Shown: positions 19,723 to 27,088 of the stretch, one piece after another | How the letters are laid out: every line of letters begins with the position of its first letter | Numbering within the stretch: position 1 is the stretch's first letter | DNA from: a virus | Virus record (IMG/VR): IMGVR_UViG_3300027977_000027 | Span: 1 to 64,000 of that record | Strand: one strand, 5' to 3' | DNA length: 64,000 nucleotides | Notes under the pieces: generated by a model | What the model was told of the DNA's origin: nothing | Databases searched by the model: none | The model's input: the letters and a program-made list of their open reading frames with translations, nothing else | Made by a program: the position numbers and the translations under genes

Positions 19723-20301
19723 ATGAAAGATAATATCAAACAAATTCTTAGAGAAGGACTTATTCGTGAAGAACGTATCAAGTTTGATTTACGCATACCT
19801 AGTGATATACAAGAAATAAAAGACGTGTTTAAAAAGAACGGATTTAAATTGTATGTTGTTGGTGGTGCTGTACGTGATGCACTTTTAAATAAGACACCCA
19901 AAGACTTTGATTTGGCTACTGATGCAGTTCCAGATAAGGTTGAAGAAATAATGGCCAAGGCTGGATTCAAAACCCTTCCAACAGGCAAGGCGTTTGGGGT
20001 TATAAACGTATTTACCAGTGAAGGTGAATACGAAATTGCAACTTTTAGGTCTGATGAAACTTCTGGTAGAAATCCAGAAGTTAAATTAGGAGCAACAATA
20101 GAATCGGATGCTGCTAGAAGAGATTTACGAATTAATGCATTATATTATGATTTAGATACTAATGAAATAATTGATTTAGTTGGTGGGCTTGATGATTTAA
20201 AGAATGGTGAAATTAATATGGTTGGAAACGCACAAAAACGTTTTGAAGAAGACCCACTTAGAATTTTACGTTTTTTTAGGTTTTTTTCTAGATTTAACTA
20301 A
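19723..20301 (+). CDS. CCA-adding enzyme/poly(A) polymerase, N-terminal head fragment
   Basis: VGGAVRD, DFDLAT, EIATFR, RRDLRINAL, EDPLRILRFFRF then stop. Confidence 0.9.
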   Translation: MKDNIKQILREGLIREERIKFDLRIPSDIQEIKDVFKKNGFKLYVVGGAVRDALLNKTPKDFDLATDAVPDKVEEIMAKAGFKTLPTGKAFGVINVFTSEGEYEIATFRSDETSGRNPEVKLGATIESDAARRDLRINALYYDLDTNEIIDLVGGLDDLKNGEINMVGNAQKRFEEDPLRILRFFRFFSRFN

Positions 20302-20350
20302 CTGAAGATACGTTTAGGGTTTTTCGTTATATTTATAGTAAAAGAATATT

Positions 20351-21220
20351 ATGCAAAAACTATGGAAAAAAGAAGAAATTGATTTATTGGTAAGATTATA
20401 TGAAATTGATGGTTTATCTGTTACTGAATTATTTCCACTTTTCAACGAAAAATATAATAGGCCAATTATTGGTTTACAAGTTAAAATTGGTAGACTCAAA
20501 CTAAGACATAGTAAAGAACAAATTAAAGCTATAAAGTCAAGATTAAATAGTGGTGAATTAAATGGTATGTTTGGTAAGAAATCACCTATGAAAGGGTTAA
20601 CTTCAGAAACATCGGAAATAGTTAGAATTAAATCAGATAAAACATCTAAAACCAGAAAAGAAATGTTTAAAAATGGTGAGCTACAACCATTAACTGGTTC
20701 AACAAACCCTATGTATGGTTCTATATCTTGGAACAATGGTTTAAATAAATACATGGATAAACGTATATTTAATTATGGTGAAAAGATATCTAAAATTAAA
20801 AAAAAAGAGTGGGAAAATAAAACTGAGAATGAAAAAAGGGAAACAATACTTAGGTTAAATAACGCTATGATTCAAACAAAAAAACCGACTAAAATTGAAG
20901 ATAAAATAGAAAACTTTTTAAAAGAAAATGAGGTAAAATATATTAAGAATAAACGTTACGATTTATTTATATTTGATTTCTACTTATTAGAATTTAATTT
21001 TGTGATTGAATGTGATGGTGATTATTGGCACGCAAACCCTTTATTTTATAATGGTAAAAAATTAACTGATGCACAAATAAAAAATATAGAAAGAGATAAA
21101 AGAAAAAATTTGTTATTAGAATCAAACTTAATTGATTTTGTTAGGTTTTGGGAGTTTGATATTAAAAATAATTTTGAAATAATAAAAAAAACAATATGGG
21201 AGAAATTACAAAAGAAATAG
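20351..21220 (+). CDS. Vsr/DUF559-type homing endonuclease inserted in the CCA gene
   Basis: NUMOD3-like NGMFGK/NPMYG, FDFY...IECDGDYWH...D..K...RFWE. Confidence 0.85.
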   Translation: MQKLWKKEEIDLLVRLYEIDGLSVTELFPLFNEKYNRPIIGLQVKIGRLKLRHSKEQIKAIKSRLNSGELNGMFGKKSPMKGLTSETSEIVRIKSDKTSKTRKEMFKNGELQPLTGSTNPMYGSISWNNGLNKYMDKRIFNYGEKISKIKKKEWENKTENEKRETILRLNNAMIQTKKPTKIEDKIENFLKENEVKYIKNKRYDLFIFDFYLLEFNFVIECDGDYWHANPLFYNGKKLTDAQIKNIERDKRKNLLLESNLIDFVRFWEFDIKNNFEIIKKTIWEKLQKK

Positions 21221-21798
21221 ATATTGCTTTGAAAAACACTGTTCATTTATTAAGTGGTATATCTAGTGAACGTATCCGTGATGAATTTATTAAAGGTATT
21301 GTTTCAGCAAAGTCACAAAAAGACTTTTTGGGGATGTTGGATAAGTACAAGTTATTTGATTGGATATTCAAAGGTTTGGATGTGGATATGGGATTTGTTA
21401 ACAGACTTGGTGGTTATAATCATGATGATTATATTGTATTGTTAGCAAGACTTCTTAAGAAAAACAACTTAGATTTATTGAAGAAAAAATTGAATGAATT
21501 AAAATATTCAGTTGAAGAAGTAAAAACCATAACTTTCCTTATTGCTATGTTAAAGCTAGATGTTGATACTGCTGTAACACTTAAAAGAGCTGAAAAAAAT
21601 TCTGGTGTAACTCCAGACCAAATTAGGGATTTTTGTGGTAAGGAAAATGTAAGTAGTCAATTACTAGATGCTTTTGAGGAATTTAGACTAACAGTTAGTG
21701 GTCCAGAAGTTATGGATGACTTGGGGTTAAAACCAGGACCAGAACTTGGAAAAGCAATTCAAAAGATTGAAACGGATAATTTCAAAAAACTTTTATAG
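21196..21798 (+). CDS. CCA-adding enzyme, C-terminal body/tail fragment
   Basis: LSGISSERIRDEFIK and VSGPEVMDDLGLKPGPELGKAI, typical of class II nucleotidyltransferase C-halves. Confidence 0.85.
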   Translation: MGEITKEIDIALKNTVHLLSGISSERIRDEFIKGIVSAKSQKDFLGMLDKYKLFDWIFKGLDVDMGFVNRLGGYNHDDYIVLLARLLKKNNLDLLKKKLNELKYSVEEVKTITFLIAMLKLDVDTAVTLKRAEKNSGVTPDQIRDFCGKENVSSQLLDAFEEFRLTVSGPEVMDDLGLKPGPELGKAIQKIETDNFKKLL

Positions 21799-21846
21799 TG
21801 TTTATTTTTTAATAAACCAAGATATTTATATCTATAAACAAATACT

Positions 21847-22464
21847 ATGAAAAAAAGAGAAATTATAACTGAGACCAAAAGAAAATCTTTATTAGCAGAT
21901 AGAGAAAAAGCCATCGTTGAGTCATTTGCAAAAACTTTTAACAAAATAAAAAGATTGGACGAAGCTTATGGAATGTCCTTTGAGGATGCCAAAGCCGAAG
22001 CAAAAAGAATTTCTGATGAAGAAGGTGGTGTAGCTCAACACGTAAATCAAGTTGGCGAAGATAAATTTATTGTTTCTGATTTTTTTGACGCTGACACAAC
22101 AGTGGCTAGCTTTGGAATTGGAATTGATGAAGCCGAATATTATGACGGTGACGATTATGAACAAGCTTCTAGAAGCATTGAATATGGTATTGACCCATAT
22201 GCTGAAAGACCATCATTGTTTGATGGTGTAGATAGAATATCGGTTGCTAGACCAGAATACAATGGCGCAGTAATGAATAGCATATACGGTATATATATCA
22301 TTTACAAAGATGGTAAACAAGAAAAAATACATTCAGTAGAAGAGTTTAATGATAAATTTGGTACTGATATACCATTAACAAAAGACCCAAGAGAAGTTGT
22401 TTCTTACATTGAAACAAATTACCCAGAAGTTACTGTTTATTTGGATGAATTTGATGTATCATAA
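21847..22464 (+). CDS. Hypothetical late/virion protein
   Basis: ATATTTAT upstream; ITE, IVE, LDE motifs. Confidence 0.65.
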   Translation: MKKREIITETKRKSLLADREKAIVESFAKTFNKIKRLDEAYGMSFEDAKAEAKRISDEEGGVAQHVNQVGEDKFIVSDFFDADTTVASFGIGIDEAEYYDGDDYEQASRSIEYGIDPYAERPSLFDGVDRISVARPEYNGAVMNSIYGIYIIYKDGKQEKIHSVEEFNDKFGTDIPLTKDPREVVSYIETNYPEVTVYLDEFDVS

Positions 22465-22573
22465 TTTTTTTCAAAAAGACTTGCTTTTTTAAAAAAAGTT
22501 TAGTACCTTTGCATAACTTTTATAAACAAAGACATATTTAATAGAAACAGGGGGAACCCAAAAAAGAAAAACA

Positions 22574-22675
22574 ATGAGAAACATTAACATACATATTAAT
22601 TCGATTAGCATGTGGAGACGCAATAGTAATCCACTTGAATCGGCTATGTCTGTAAGTTTCTTTAGTGACTTTTAA
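22574..22675 (+). CDS. Putative attenuator leader peptide of tRNA operon 1
   Basis: MRNINIHINSISMWRRNSNPLESAMSVSFFSDF*, between promoter (22503) and terminator. Confidence 0.75.
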   Translation: MRNINIHINSISMWRRNSNPLESAMSVSFFSDF

Positions 22676-22700
22676 AAATCACAAACAAACAATAAAGAAG

Positions 22701-22743
22701 AACCCGATTCAGAATAAAATCTAAATCGGGTTTTTTGTTTTTT
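22701..22743 (+). terminator. Attenuator terminator upstream of tRNA operon 1
   Basis: aacccgatt ... aatcgggtt + ttttgtttttt; 5' arm ccgattc also complementary to leader gaatcgg (22637-43). Confidence 0.8.
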
Positions 22744-22769
22744 GGTTCATTGACATATTGGTTAAATAC

Positions 22770-22840
22770 ACAGGACACAGGCTTGGTGTCGGTGGGCTCC
22801 CCAAAAGCTTCACGAGTTGCTTCGATTGCAACGTCCTGTG
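22770..22840 (+). tRNA. Atypical tRNA-Trp(CCA)
   Basis: acaggac/gtcctgt-G, gggct-ccCCAaa-agctt, gttgc-TTCGATT-gcaac; weak D arm, C33. Confidence 0.6.
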
Positions 22841-22845
22841 CACAT

Positions 22846-22928
22846 ACACTAGCTCATGGGCGTGACCAACAGACTCCAAATCTGTTCTTAGGATTAAATG
22901 GTTGTAGATTCGACTTCTACCTAGTGTG
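22846..22928 (+). tRNA. tRNA-Trp(CCA) with long variable region
   Basis: acactag/ctagtgt-G, acaga-ctCCAaa-tctgt, gtaga-TTCGACT-tctac. Confidence 0.7.
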
Positions 22929-22933
22929 CATAT

Positions 22934-23020
22934 GGAAGGTGCCTCGCATGGAGCGAAACTAGTCTTGAAAACTAGGGTGGCGGTGATGAGCCGTCAGGGG
23001 GTCGGGTCCTCCACCTTCCT
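22934..23020 (+). tRNA. tRNA-Ser(TGA), 8/4 fold
   Basis: ggaaggtg/caccttcc acceptor, ctagt-ctTGAaa-actag, long variable arm, 4 bp T stem. Confidence 0.8.
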
Positions 23021-23027
23021 CTTACAT

Positions 23028-23100
23028 GGTGTTAGTAGCTCAGAGGCAGAGCGCTGGTTTGTGAAGCCAGAGGTCGGGATTTCGAAATTCCTCTAACACC
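23028..23100 (+). tRNA. tRNA-His(GTG)
   Basis: G-1:C73, ctggt-ttGTGaa-gccag. Confidence 0.9.
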
Positions 23101-23209
23101 CTCTTAAAATTTAACCGTCACCAAACAATGGTTTGGACTCCATGAGTGGGATGCCAGTGAATATGATAATAAACTGGGGCGGTTTAGGGATTGGGAAAAT
23201 TAAAATAAC

Positions 23210-23291
23210 ATTGCGCCATACCGAGCGAACCTGATAAATTCGATATTCGTAGCTGGTGTTGAAAACGTGAGTTCGAGTCTCACCGTGCCTA
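23210..23291 (+). tRNA. Degenerate tRNA-Ile(GAT)-like element
   Basis: cgaac-ctGATaa-attcg, long variable region, gtgag-TTCGAGT-ctcac; 5' acceptor strand and D arm poorly formed. Confidence 0.45.
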
Positions 23292-23299
23292 CTAAACAT

Positions 23300-23381
23300 T
23301 CATAGGTAGCCTAGAGGCCAGGCAGCAGACTGTTAATCTGCGGAAGCAATTCCTACGTGGGTTCGATTCCCACCCTGTGAG
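23300..23381 (+). tRNA. tRNA-Asn(GTT) with long variable arm
   Basis: tcatagg/cctgtga-G, gcaga-ctGTTaa-tctgc, ggaa-gcaa-ttcc arm. Confidence 0.85.
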
Positions 23382-23391
23382 CAAATAATAT

Positions 23392-23478
23392 GGTGTGGTG
23401 GCAGAGAGGTCGATTTCGATAGACTCATATTCTCTTTCCTTACCAAAGGACACACAGATTCGAATCCTGTCCACGTTA
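23392..23478 (+). tRNA. Degenerate CAT-anticodon tRNA (Met or Ile2) with long variable arm
   Basis: ggtgtgg/ccacgtt with three GU pairs, aga-ctCATat-tct, acag-aTTCGAATc-ctgt. Confidence 0.45.
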
Positions 23479-23484
23479 TAACAT

Positions 23485-23557
23485 GGTTCCATAGTGTAAC
23501 GGAAACACACTTCGCTACGAACGAAGAGATTTGGGGGTTCGAATCCCTCTGGAACTA
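23485..23557 (+). tRNA. tRNA-Arg(ACG)
   Basis: cttcg-ctACGaa-cgaag, canonical cloverleaf. Confidence 0.9.
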
Positions 23558-23565
23558 CAAAATAT

Positions 23566-23637
23566 GGTCTCGGAGCATGATGGATATGCGACATCGTTCT
23601 AAGGTGTTCTATGTGGGTTCGACTCCCATCGAGACTA
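23566..23637 (+). tRNA. tRNA-Arg(TCT)
   Basis: ggtctcg/cgagact, acatc-gtTCTaa-ggtgt. Confidence 0.8.
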
Positions 23638-23641
23638 CAAT

Positions 23642-23730
23642 GGAGAATTAACTGGGCAGGGTCCCAGACTTATTTGCTAAATAATGTGTGCGTTTAAAAA
23701 ACGCATGGTTTTCAATTAACCAGTTCTCCG
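23642..23730 (+). tRNA. tRNA-Ser(GCT), 8/4 fold
   Basis: ggagaatt/agttctcc-G, ttat-ttGCTaa-ataa, long variable arm, ggtt-ttcaatt-aacc. Confidence 0.8.
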
Positions 23731-23778
23731 CTTTAAATAACCAATATGTTTTAATTTTTTATAAACATCTTTATATTT

Positions 23779-24186
23779 ATGTATAAAAAGATAAAAGAAA
23801 TGTTTATACCAAACCACCTACATTTGATAGTTAAGGGTAACTTTAAAAACCCACCAACAGAAGTTGATGTTTTAAATAAATGGTTTATCAATTTAGTTGA
23901 AAAAGTTAGAATGGTTGTAGTAGCTGGACCTACTTCAGTTTATGTACATGAAGAAGGCAATGAAGGCTTAACAGGAACCGTAACATTAGCAACTTCTCAT
24001 GGAAGTTTTCATTGTTGGGACAATACAAATCCACCAATGTTTCAATTTGATTTATATTCATGTTCTTGTTTTACTGCTGAAGAGGTTTTAGCGCACTTGG
24101 ATGAATTTGGTTTAATCAAATACGAATATATTTTAATAGATAGAAACGGAGACAAAATGGTTATCATTGAAGATGGCTCAAAATGA
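23779..24186 (+). CDS. speD: S-adenosylmethionine decarboxylase proenzyme
   Basis: GLTGTVTLATSHGSFHCW...FDLYSC. Confidence 0.8.
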   Translation: MYKKIKEMFIPNHLHLIVKGNFKNPPTEVDVLNKWFINLVEKVRMVVVAGPTSVYVHEEGNEGLTGTVTLATSHGSFHCWDNTNPPMFQFDLYSCSCFTAEEVLAHLDEFGLIKYEYILIDRNGDKMVIIEDGSK

Positions 24187-24496
24187 CGACAAAGTAGATT
24201 TTTTCCAATTTAGTTTTTGGCTTTTAAAAGATGTTTTTTGGCTTTTAAAATGGAAAATATTAGCCATGTCGATGGCTATTCCAACAGTAATCTTAACAAT
24301 CTATTTGTTGGTTAAAACAAAAAGATTAATATCTACAAATACCATATTTTCATCATGGGTAATGACAAATGTTTTTTGGATGTTACATGAATTATATGGT
24401 ACACCATTAGGCTTAGCCAAGATATTTATAGTAACAGGAATAACAACACTGGTTTTATATGTAATCAAAAACTATAAAACCCTATTAAAAAAATAG
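24167..24496 (+). CDS. Membrane protein (possible holin)
   Basis: Three to four hydrophobic helices immediately before an endolysin. Confidence 0.55.
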   Translation: MKMAQNDDKVDFFQFSFWLLKDVFWLLKWKILAMSMAIPTVILTIYLLVKTKRLISTNTIFSSWVMTNVFWMLHELYGTPLGLAKIFIVTGITTLVLYVIKNYKTLLKK

Positions 24497-24498
24497 TT

Positions 24499-25014
24499 AT
24501 GGATAACATTACGCTTCAAAGGATTCAGGTTTTACACCCTAAAGTTAGAACTGAAGTTGAAAACATTTACAAAAATCAAATAGTACCAGCTTTAACTGGA
24601 AGAGCAATATGCAGATTTGCATACACTCTTAGAACATTTGCTGAACAAGATGCTTTATATGCTCAAGGCAGAACAAGATTATTTGATGCCAATGGAAATA
24701 GATTAGGTGTGGTTACAAAAGCCAAAGGTGGTCAGTCTATTCATAATTTCGGTTTGGCTTTGGATATCGTTTTAATTAAAGATAATAAAACCGCTAGTTG
24801 GGAAGACAATGTTGATTTTGATAAAGATGGAAAAGCCGACTGGATGGAAGTGGTTGATATATTGAAAGCCAATGGTTGGTCATGGGGTGGTGATTGGAAA
24901 TCATTTAAAGATAAACCACATTTTGAAAAAACATTTGGTTATACTTGGCAACAATTATTGGCAAAACACAACGCTCGTGATTTCATTGCTGGCACCAACT
25001 ATGTGAATATTTGA
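24499..25014 (+). CDS. M15 family L-Ala-D-Glu peptidase endolysin
   Basis: RTFAEQDALYAQGRT, SIHNFGLALD, WGGDW...DKPHFE. Confidence 0.9.
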   Translation: MDNITLQRIQVLHPKVRTEVENIYKNQIVPALTGRAICRFAYTLRTFAEQDALYAQGRTRLFDANGNRLGVVTKAKGGQSIHNFGLALDIVLIKDNKTASWEDNVDFDKDGKADWMEVVDILKANGWSWGGDWKSFKDKPHFEKTFGYTWQQLLAKHNARDFIAGTNYVNI

Positions 25015-25015
25015 T

Positions 25016-25591
25016 ATGAAACAGTTAATTAAAAAATTATTAAGAGAATCTTTAAATGAAATTGTTTCTGGTGGAGAATACATTGTGTACCATGGAACAA
25101 ATTCTGACATCCAAAAATTCTCTGATGAGTTTGTTGGTAAAGAAGAAGCCACAGACCAAGAGGGACCAGGAATATATTTTACCACTTTAAAAGAAGAATC
25201 TGAAATGTATGGTAAAAATCTTTATAGTGTTAAACTAACACCAAGAAAATTAATGGATATGACACCCATTAATAAAAATAAATGGCGTTCTTTTACAACA
25301 AAAATGTTACAGTCTGCACCAGATTGGGAAGATACAGCGCAAAATTTTAATCAGAATCCTAGAAAAGGTCTTATTTTAGCTGTTGAAAGTATGATGGATT
25401 ACAACGACACAGAAAAAGACCTTGCACAACAAATTTGGTATGACTTTTATCGCTATACACCAGTCGATTTTGTTAGAAACATGGTAGATATGGGTATTGA
25501 TGGAATAATAGTGCCTAGAGAAAAGAGTAACCATATAATTGTGTACAACCCAAACATTATAGATGTTTTAGAGGTGGAAAACAAAGATTAA
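25016..25591 (+). CDS. ADP-ribosyltransferase-fold protein (ART-PolyVal-like)
   Basis: VYHGT...F...GPGIYFT...YG...GIDGII...IVYNPNII; MKQLIKKLLRESLNE leader. Confidence 0.6.
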   Translation: MKQLIKKLLRESLNEIVSGGEYIVYHGTNSDIQKFSDEFVGKEEATDQEGPGIYFTTLKEESEMYGKNLYSVKLTPRKLMDMTPINKNKWRSFTTKMLQSAPDWEDTAQNFNQNPRKGLILAVESMMDYNDTEKDLAQQIWYDFYRYTPVDFVRNMVDMGIDGIIVPREKSNHIIVYNPNIIDVLEVENKD

Positions 25592-25645
25592 AAAAATTCA
25601 GTTATTTATTTGGAAAGATAAAATATTTTTTGTACCTTTGCACTT

Positions 25646-26575
25646 ATGAAAGAAAGAATTAAAGAAATATTGCGTGAAAGTGTTGATAAAAACATACTTG
25701 GTGTTACGATTACAAGACCTAACCAAGAATTAATTGTGATGAGGGGCGTATCTGGTGCTGGAAAGAGTACCAAAGCTAAATCTTTGGTTGGTCAAGGTAA
25801 AATCCATTCAACTGATGACGTTATTGAAGCTGGCGGTGATTACCGTGAATTTTTTGCTAAGATGATTGCGTCTGGAGATTTTAGCCCACTCAGCAAGGTA
25901 CATTCTCAAAACTTAAAAGACGCTATTGAGTCAATGAAAGCTGGTATCACACCAGTTATTATTGATAACACCAATATAAAACAAAATGAGCCAAAAGCTT
26001 ATGTTAAAGCCGCTTTGGAATTAGGGTTTGCTGACAATAATATAAAATTCGTAGATGTTGGTACTGCTGGTATTGAAGCTGCACAATTAGCCGCAAGAAA
26101 CACACATGGTGTACCATTGGAGAAGATTGAGGCTATGATAGCAAGTCATACAGCGCAGGGCCCATTAACATTAAAAAGTGTGTTAGATTCAAAAGATATG
26201 TACAAATCATCAAACGTTTTATACTCGGCTGTTGTTTTAGACAAAGCTTCACATAATAAATTGCTTGACAAATTTGCATTAGAAATGCCAGAAGGTTGGA
26301 AAACGTATGCCCATCATATGACAATAACCATGGGTGAATTGAAGGATAAAACTGACATTGGTAAAGAAGTTATCCTTAAAGTAACAAAGGTTGGATTGTC
26401 TGATATGGCTATGGCTGTTCAAGTTGAAGGTTATCAGTCAAAAAATGCTATTCCTCACGTTACTTTAGCGGTAAACCCAGATGGTGGTAAGCCAGTTATG
26501 TCCAATGATATTACTACTTGGCAAGATATCAAACCATTTTTTATCACAGGGTTTGTAACAGAAGTTAAAAAATAG
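25646..26575 (+). CDS. Polynucleotide kinase + 2H cyclic phosphodiesterase (RNA end healing)
   Basis: MRGVSGAGKST, IIDNTN, RNTHGVP; HHMTI and PHVTL 2H motifs. Confidence 0.85.
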   Translation: MKERIKEILRESVDKNILGVTITRPNQELIVMRGVSGAGKSTKAKSLVGQGKIHSTDDVIEAGGDYREFFAKMIASGDFSPLSKVHSQNLKDAIESMKAGITPVIIDNTNIKQNEPKAYVKAALELGFADNNIKFVDVGTAGIEAAQLAARNTHGVPLEKIEAMIASHTAQGPLTLKSVLDSKDMYKSSNVLYSAVVLDKASHNKLLDKFALEMPEGWKTYAHHMTITMGELKDKTDIGKEVILKVTKVGLSDMAMAVQVEGYQSKNAIPHVTLAVNPDGGKPVMSNDITTWQDIKPFFITGFVTEVKK

Positions 26576-26621
26576 TTTGCGTAAACTTGGTTATTCAAAA
26601 TTAATTTAGTACCTTTGCTTT

Positions 26622-26930
26622 ATGGGTAAAAAAAATGAAAAAATAGACAGACGCATGGAGCTTAGTTCTAAGTTTTTAGAAATGGGTTGTTCACTAATTA
26701 AAGAAGGTGATGAATTAAATGATTATTCGATAACACAATCTGGTAACGTCATGATTTTGTTAGCGGGTATTATTTTGGAAGAAAAAGATAGTTTTGAATT
26801 TGCGAATTTGTGTAGTATGTTTTCGGCAAAAAAACTAATGGAAAGCATGGGTGGTTTTGGGTCAGATATTAGCAATAAAGAAATGATTAGGAAAATACTA
26901 GGGTTGGATGGTGAAGACCTAGGAATTTAA
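26622..26930 (+). CDS. Hypothetical protein
   Basis: 102 aa with host-type promoter. Confidence 0.65.
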   Translation: MGKKNEKIDRRMELSSKFLEMGCSLIKEGDELNDYSITQSGNVMILLAGIILEEKDSFEFANLCSMFSAKKLMESMGGFGSDISNKEMIRKILGLDGEDLGI

Positions 26931-26946
26931 ACCTACTTGAAAGTAT

Positions 26947-27020
26947 GGTCCCGTAGCTTAGTTGGATAGAGCAACAGATTTCTAATCTGTGGGTCAGGGG
27001 CCCGAATCCCTTCAGGTTAC
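26947..27020 (+). pseudogene. tRNA-Arg(TCT) with decayed T loop and 3' acceptor strand
   Basis: Intact 5' half and acaga-ttTCTaa-tctgt; T loop cccgaat; 3' caggtta does not pair well with ggtcccg. Confidence 0.65.
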
Positions 27021-27088
27021 AATTTTTTTTATAAAGTATTTGGAATTGTCAAAAATTTTTTATACCTTTGCGTACTAAATAAAAGGTT

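Noticed and set aside
20302-21220. Group I intron in the CCA gene
   Set aside because: Only 49 nt of non-coding flank and the C half has its own ATG; no room for a ribozyme core.
22735-23594. Track ORFs overlapping tRNA arrays (also 16786, 18496, 42492, 42798, 45479, 45610)
   Set aside because: Chance frames across RNA genes with no protein motifs.
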